A DNA stretch of 64,000 bases from Gemmatimonadota bacterium (lineage in GTDB: Bacteria; Gemmatimonadota; Gemmatimonadetes; Gemmatimonadales; GWC2-71-9), in contig QHUY01000015.1 of assembly GCA_003223415.1 (NCBI GenBank), forward strand, positions 109,819-173,818, read 5' to 3'. The notes beneath the pieces are model-generated. The model was not told the origin of the DNA. It was given only the letters and a program-made list of their open reading frames with translations, and ran no database searches. Position numbers and translations under genes: made by a program. Positions within the stretch are counted from its first letter, which is position 1; every line of letters begins with the position of its first letter. Below are positions 61,101 through 64,000 of the stretch, piece by piece.

Positions 61101-61450
61101 ACCTGGCGGGCGCCATGAGCCGCTGGCTGCCGTGGCTCGCGGAGCTGCAGCCCGAGCTGTTCATCGAGATCGGCAAGGGCCTCGCGCAGGAGAAGGGGAT
61201 CAAGAACCTCGACTGGGTCGTGATCAGCAGCCCGCGCGGCCATATCCGCGCGAAGGCGCTGGTCACCGACCGCATCGGCGTGATGAACGTCGCGGGCAAG
61301 CACATCCACCACGTCGGCATGCCCTGGCACTGGGGCTGGATGGGCCTCTCCACGGGGGACGTCGTCAACGACCTCACCTCCTGGGTGGGTGATCCCAACG
61401 TGTCGATCCACGAAGGCAAGGCGTTCGTCTGCAACGTGGAGAAGGCCTGA
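58184..61450 (+). CDS. fdnG: periplasmic formate dehydrogenase catalytic subunit (Mo/W-bisPGD), selenocysteine-containing
   Basis: TTG start with GGGGAGGG upstream and a Tat signal (SRRDFLR). 4Fe-4S motif CPFCSVGCATL...C. Track ORFs 58184..58771 and 58868..61450 are in the same frame and are joined by TGA 58769-71 in the context QARI-U-HSSSV, matching the FdnG/FdhF ARV-U-HG Sec site. Confidence 0.9.
58784..58806 (+). promoter_or_regulatory. SECIS-like hairpin downstream of the fdnG UGA
   Basis: Perfect stem gtcccc/ggggac (58784-89 / 58795-800) with apical loop GGUCU. It begins 13 nt after the UGA, and the UGA is followed by CAC as in E. coli fdhF. Confidence 0.6.
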
Positions 61451-61451
61451 T

Positions 61452-62279
61452 ATGCCGGAGCCCATGGGATTCTTCACCGACACCACGGTGTGCATCGGCT
61501 GCAAGGCGTGCGAAGTCGCGTGTAAGGAATGGAACCAGCTCCCGGCCGCGAACGGCGGGCTCGGGGAGCTGAGCGGGGACAGCTACGACAACACCCGGCG
61601 GCTCGACGGCATCCACTGGCGGCACGTCCGGTTCATCGAGCAGTTCAAAGGTCCCTACGACGGCCGCTGGCTGATGATGAGCGACGTGTGCAAGCACTGC
61701 GTCCAGGCCGGCTGCCTCGAGGTGTGCCCCACGGGGGCCATCATCCGGACGCAGTTCGACACCGTCGTGATCCAGTCGGACGTCTGCAACGGCTGCCGGG
61801 CCTGTATCGCCGCCTGCCCGTTCGGCGTGATCGACATCAACCCCGTGTCCGCCACGGCGCAGAAATGCACGCTGTGCTACGACCGCCTGCAGGTGGGGCT
61901 CGAGCCGGCCTGCTCCAAGGCGTGTCCGACCGACTCGATCCAGTTCGGCACGATCACGGAGCTGCGCGCGCGGGCCCACAAGCGCGTGGACCAGCTCCGC
62001 GCGCAGGGCGTGCAGGCGCAGCTGTACGGCGCCGAGCCGGACGGGCCGCTGGGCGGGCTCAACTCGTTCTACCTGCTGGTGGACAAGCCGGAGGTGTACG
62101 GGCTGCCGGCGCACCCGCAGCTGCCGACGCGGACCCTCGGCAGGAGCGCCACCCTCACCACCGCGAGCGCGGCGGTCCTCGGACTGCTGGCGCTCGTCGG
62201 CCTGCGCAAGCGGCGCATGGAGGAAGTCGCCGCGGATTCGTCCGGAGCCCCCCCGCTCCCCCCGTCCTCCCATGTCTGA
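61452..62279 (+). CDS. fdnH: formate dehydrogenase iron-sulfur subunit (4x[4Fe-4S]) with a C-terminal TM anchor
   Basis: CIGCKACEVACKEWN, CKHCVQAGCLEVCP, CNGCRACIAACP and CTLCYDR...CSKACP. Hydrophobic tail AAVLGLLALVGL. Confidence 0.9.
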   Translation: MPEPMGFFTDTTVCIGCKACEVACKEWNQLPAANGGLGELSGDSYDNTRRLDGIHWRHVRFIEQFKGPYDGRWLMMSDVCKHCVQAGCLEVCPTGAIIRTQFDTVVIQSDVCNGCRACIAACPFGVIDINPVSATAQKCTLCYDRLQVGLEPACSKACPTDSIQFGTITELRARAHKRVDQLRAQGVQAQLYGAEPDGPLGGLNSFYLLVDKPEVYGLPAHPQLPTRTLGRSATLTTASAAVLGLLALVGLRKRRMEEVAADSSGAPPLPPSSHV

Positions 62280-63177
62280 CACCTTCTTCAGCGGTGCGCC
62301 GCACTGGACCTGGTTCATCATCCCGTACTTCTTCGTGGGCGGGCTCGCCGGGGGCGCCTGCTTCCTAGCGGTCGTCCTGGATTGGTTCGGCGGTCCGGAG
62401 GACCGCCCGGTGGTCCGTACCGGGTACTACGTCGCCGCCACCGGCGCGATCCTTTCCGGCCTGCTCTTGACCATCGATCTGGGCCAGCCGCTGCGCTTCT
62501 GGCACATGCTGTTCCAGTCCGCGAACTTCCCGGCCATCATGTTCAAGGCCTGGTCGCCCATCTCCTTCGGGGCGTGGGCGATTCTTCTCTTCGGGCTCTT
62601 CTCGGTCTTGTCGGCCCTCGGCGCCATGTCGGAGGAGGGCCGGCTCCAGGCTCCGGCGTTCCGCGTGTTGCATCGGGGCGCCCTCGCCAAGATCGTCGCT
62701 GGCCTCGCCGGATTGTTGGGCTTCTTCGTCGCCGGCTACACGGGGGTCCTCCTCTCGGTGACGAACCGGCCCATCTGGGCGGACAGTCCCTGGCTGGGCG
62801 CGCTGTTCCTCGCCTCTGGGGCGTCGACCGGGGCGGCCGCGCTGATCCTGCTCGCCCCACGGCGCGGCGCCACGGAGCAGTCGCTCCGTTGGCTGTCCAC
62901 GTTCGACAGCAGGGCGCTGGTGGTCGAGCTGCTCGTGCTCGTCCTCTTCCTGGTATCGCTGGGCGCGATCAACCGCGTCTGGCTGAGCTTCTGGGGGCTG
63001 CTCTTGGTCGTAGGCGTGGTCGGCCTGGGTATTCTGCTGCCGCTCAGGCTGCACGCGCAACGACGCCCGGTGGCGAGTGCGGCCAAGCTCGTGCTCGTCG
63101 GCGGGTTCCTGCTGCGTCTCGCCACGATGCTCGCCTCCGAGGGGATTTCGCGCTTCCGCGTCGCCGCGGGGATGTAG
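62272..63177 (+). CDS. NrfD/PsrC-family integral membrane (quinone-interacting) subunit
   Basis: About 8 TM helices. The N-terminus HWTWFIIPYFFVGGLAGG is typical of the NrfD family. Overlaps fdnH by 8 nt. Confidence 0.75.
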   Translation: MSDTFFSGAPHWTWFIIPYFFVGGLAGGACFLAVVLDWFGGPEDRPVVRTGYYVAATGAILSGLLLTIDLGQPLRFWHMLFQSANFPAIMFKAWSPISFGAWAILLFGLFSVLSALGAMSEEGRLQAPAFRVLHRGALAKIVAGLAGLLGFFVAGYTGVLLSVTNRPIWADSPWLGALFLASGASTGAAALILLAPRRGATEQSLRWLSTFDSRALVVELLVLVLFLVSLGAINRVWLSFWGLLLVVGVVGLGILLPLRLHAQRRPVASAAKLVLVGGFLLRLATMLASEGISRFRVAAGM

Positions 63178-63185
63178 GGGTGGGA

Positions 63186-63413
63186 ATGACTCGATCGCAG
63201 TGGTGGGCGGCTTTCATCCTCACGGGCCTCTTGGGCTGCGGCAGCCCCGAAGCCGGGCGCGTCCGGGGCGGCGGGCCCGGCGGCGATCTCGGCAACCACA
63301 GCCGCGTCACCAAGCTGCACCAGGGCGCGAAGATGTATTACCATACGCCCTGCCGCACCGTGAAGGTGAAATGCTCTGGCCCCATGCCGGTCTTCGGCGC
63401 GTCCGGAACGTAG
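63186..63413 (+). CDS. hypothetical small lipoprotein (75 aa)
   Basis: Lipobox LTGLLGCGS, in the same frame as track ORF 62382..63413. A weak call because it overlaps the putative fdhE start. Confidence 0.35.
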   Translation: MTRSQWWAAFILTGLLGCGSPEAGRVRGGGPGGDLGNHSRVTKLHQGAKMYYHTPCRTVKVKCSGPMPVFGASGT

Positions 63414-64000
63414 AGCTCCAGCAGCACCTAGCCGCGGCCCACCGCGAGAGCCCCGAGTCCGAGACATGGCTCGGGCTGCTCGAGGCCGCCCTGGCCGAGA
63501 GTGAGGAAGGCGCCGGCTGGGAGGCCGCCGTGCCGACGCCGGCGCCGGAGCGATCCGCCAAGGCGCCGCTGTTGGCCCACGCGCGGATCACCGTGGATGG
63601 ACGCGCCGTCCGGCGCTGGGTAGGCCGCCTGCTCAAGCGTGCCAGGCAAGACGGCAACCGCATCGACGCCGTCGCGCTACTCGAAGCCGCGGTGTGCCAG
63701 GACGACGGGCGCGTCGAGGCGCAGGCGGCCGCGGCGGGCACGGCCGCCCCGGCGCTGCGGGTCGTCGGGCAGATGGCCGCGGTGCCCCTGCTCCAGGCCT
63801 GCGCCCGCGGCCTCGCGGGCTCGCTACCGGCGACGTGGTGGGAGGGGTATTGCCCGTTATGCGGGGCCTGGCCGGTCCTCGCCGAATACGCGGGCCTGGA
63901 GCGCAAGCGCCAGCTGCGCTGCGGGCGCTGCGGCACGGGATGGGCGCTCCCGTGGCTGCGCTGCGTGTTCTGCGACGAGACCCACCACGAGCACCTCGGC
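63371..64000 (+). CDS. fdhE: formate dehydrogenase accessory protein FdhE-like (3' end outside window)
   Basis: This frame is open to the window end, so it is absent from the ORF track. Paired Cys motifs CPLCG...CGRCG..W...CVFCDE match the FdhE rubredoxin-like pattern. The first in-frame ATG is at 63371, but the start is uncertain. Confidence 0.7.
   Translation, partial: MLWPHAGLRRVRNVELQQHLAAAHRESPESETWLGLLEAALAESEEGAGWEAAVPTPAPERSAKAPLLAHARITVDGRAVRRWVGRLLKRARQDGNRIDAVALLEAAVCQDDGRVEAQAAAAGTAAPALRVVGQMAAVPLLQACARGLAGSLPATWWEGYCPLCGAWPVLAEYAGLERKRQLRCGRCGTGWALPWLRCVFCDETHHEHLG

Overview
High-GC (about 70%) bacterial chromosomal window. It is densely coding, with about 60 genes, many of which have 1-50 nt overlaps that suggest translational coupling. 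I found no rRNA, tRNA, CRISPR array, transposase or integrase. Secure anchors are gyrA, gltB, thyX, rnhA, selD, an EF-G paralog, thiolase/hbd, aguB/aguA and a periplasmic formate dehydrogenase operon (fdnG-fdnH-nrfD-like-fdhE). The gene content includes many amidohydrolases, Big_2/TolB-type secreted proteins and Ser/Thr kinases with zinc-ribbon or TPR modules. This is consistent with a soil Gemmatimonadota- or Acidobacteriota-like organism, but that is a guess. Main hunt results follow. (1) An insulated four-gene unit (two Ddl-like ATP-grasp ligases, a GNAT and a short KamA-family aminomutase; 38.3-41.9 kb) does not match the known beta-lysine systems (ablAB, epmAB). It is my best candidate for an undescribed pathway. 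(2) Two selenoprotein genes are split by the ORF track at in-frame UGA codons (selD at 23947, fdnG at 58769). Each UGA is followed by a SECIS-like hairpin. (3) A family of large hairpins built from tandem 7-8 nt units sits directly after stop codons. (4) Two roughly 110-150 bp elements have perfect 17 bp terminal inverted repeats around low-GC cores. One encloses the gyrA promoter and the other lies between aguB and aguA. (5) A degenerate Mrr-like nuclease-fold gene is coupled to a small unknown ORF. Many long ORFs in the track are antisense shadow ORFs typical of high-GC DNA and were rejected. All family assignments come from reading motifs by eye. No database search was run.
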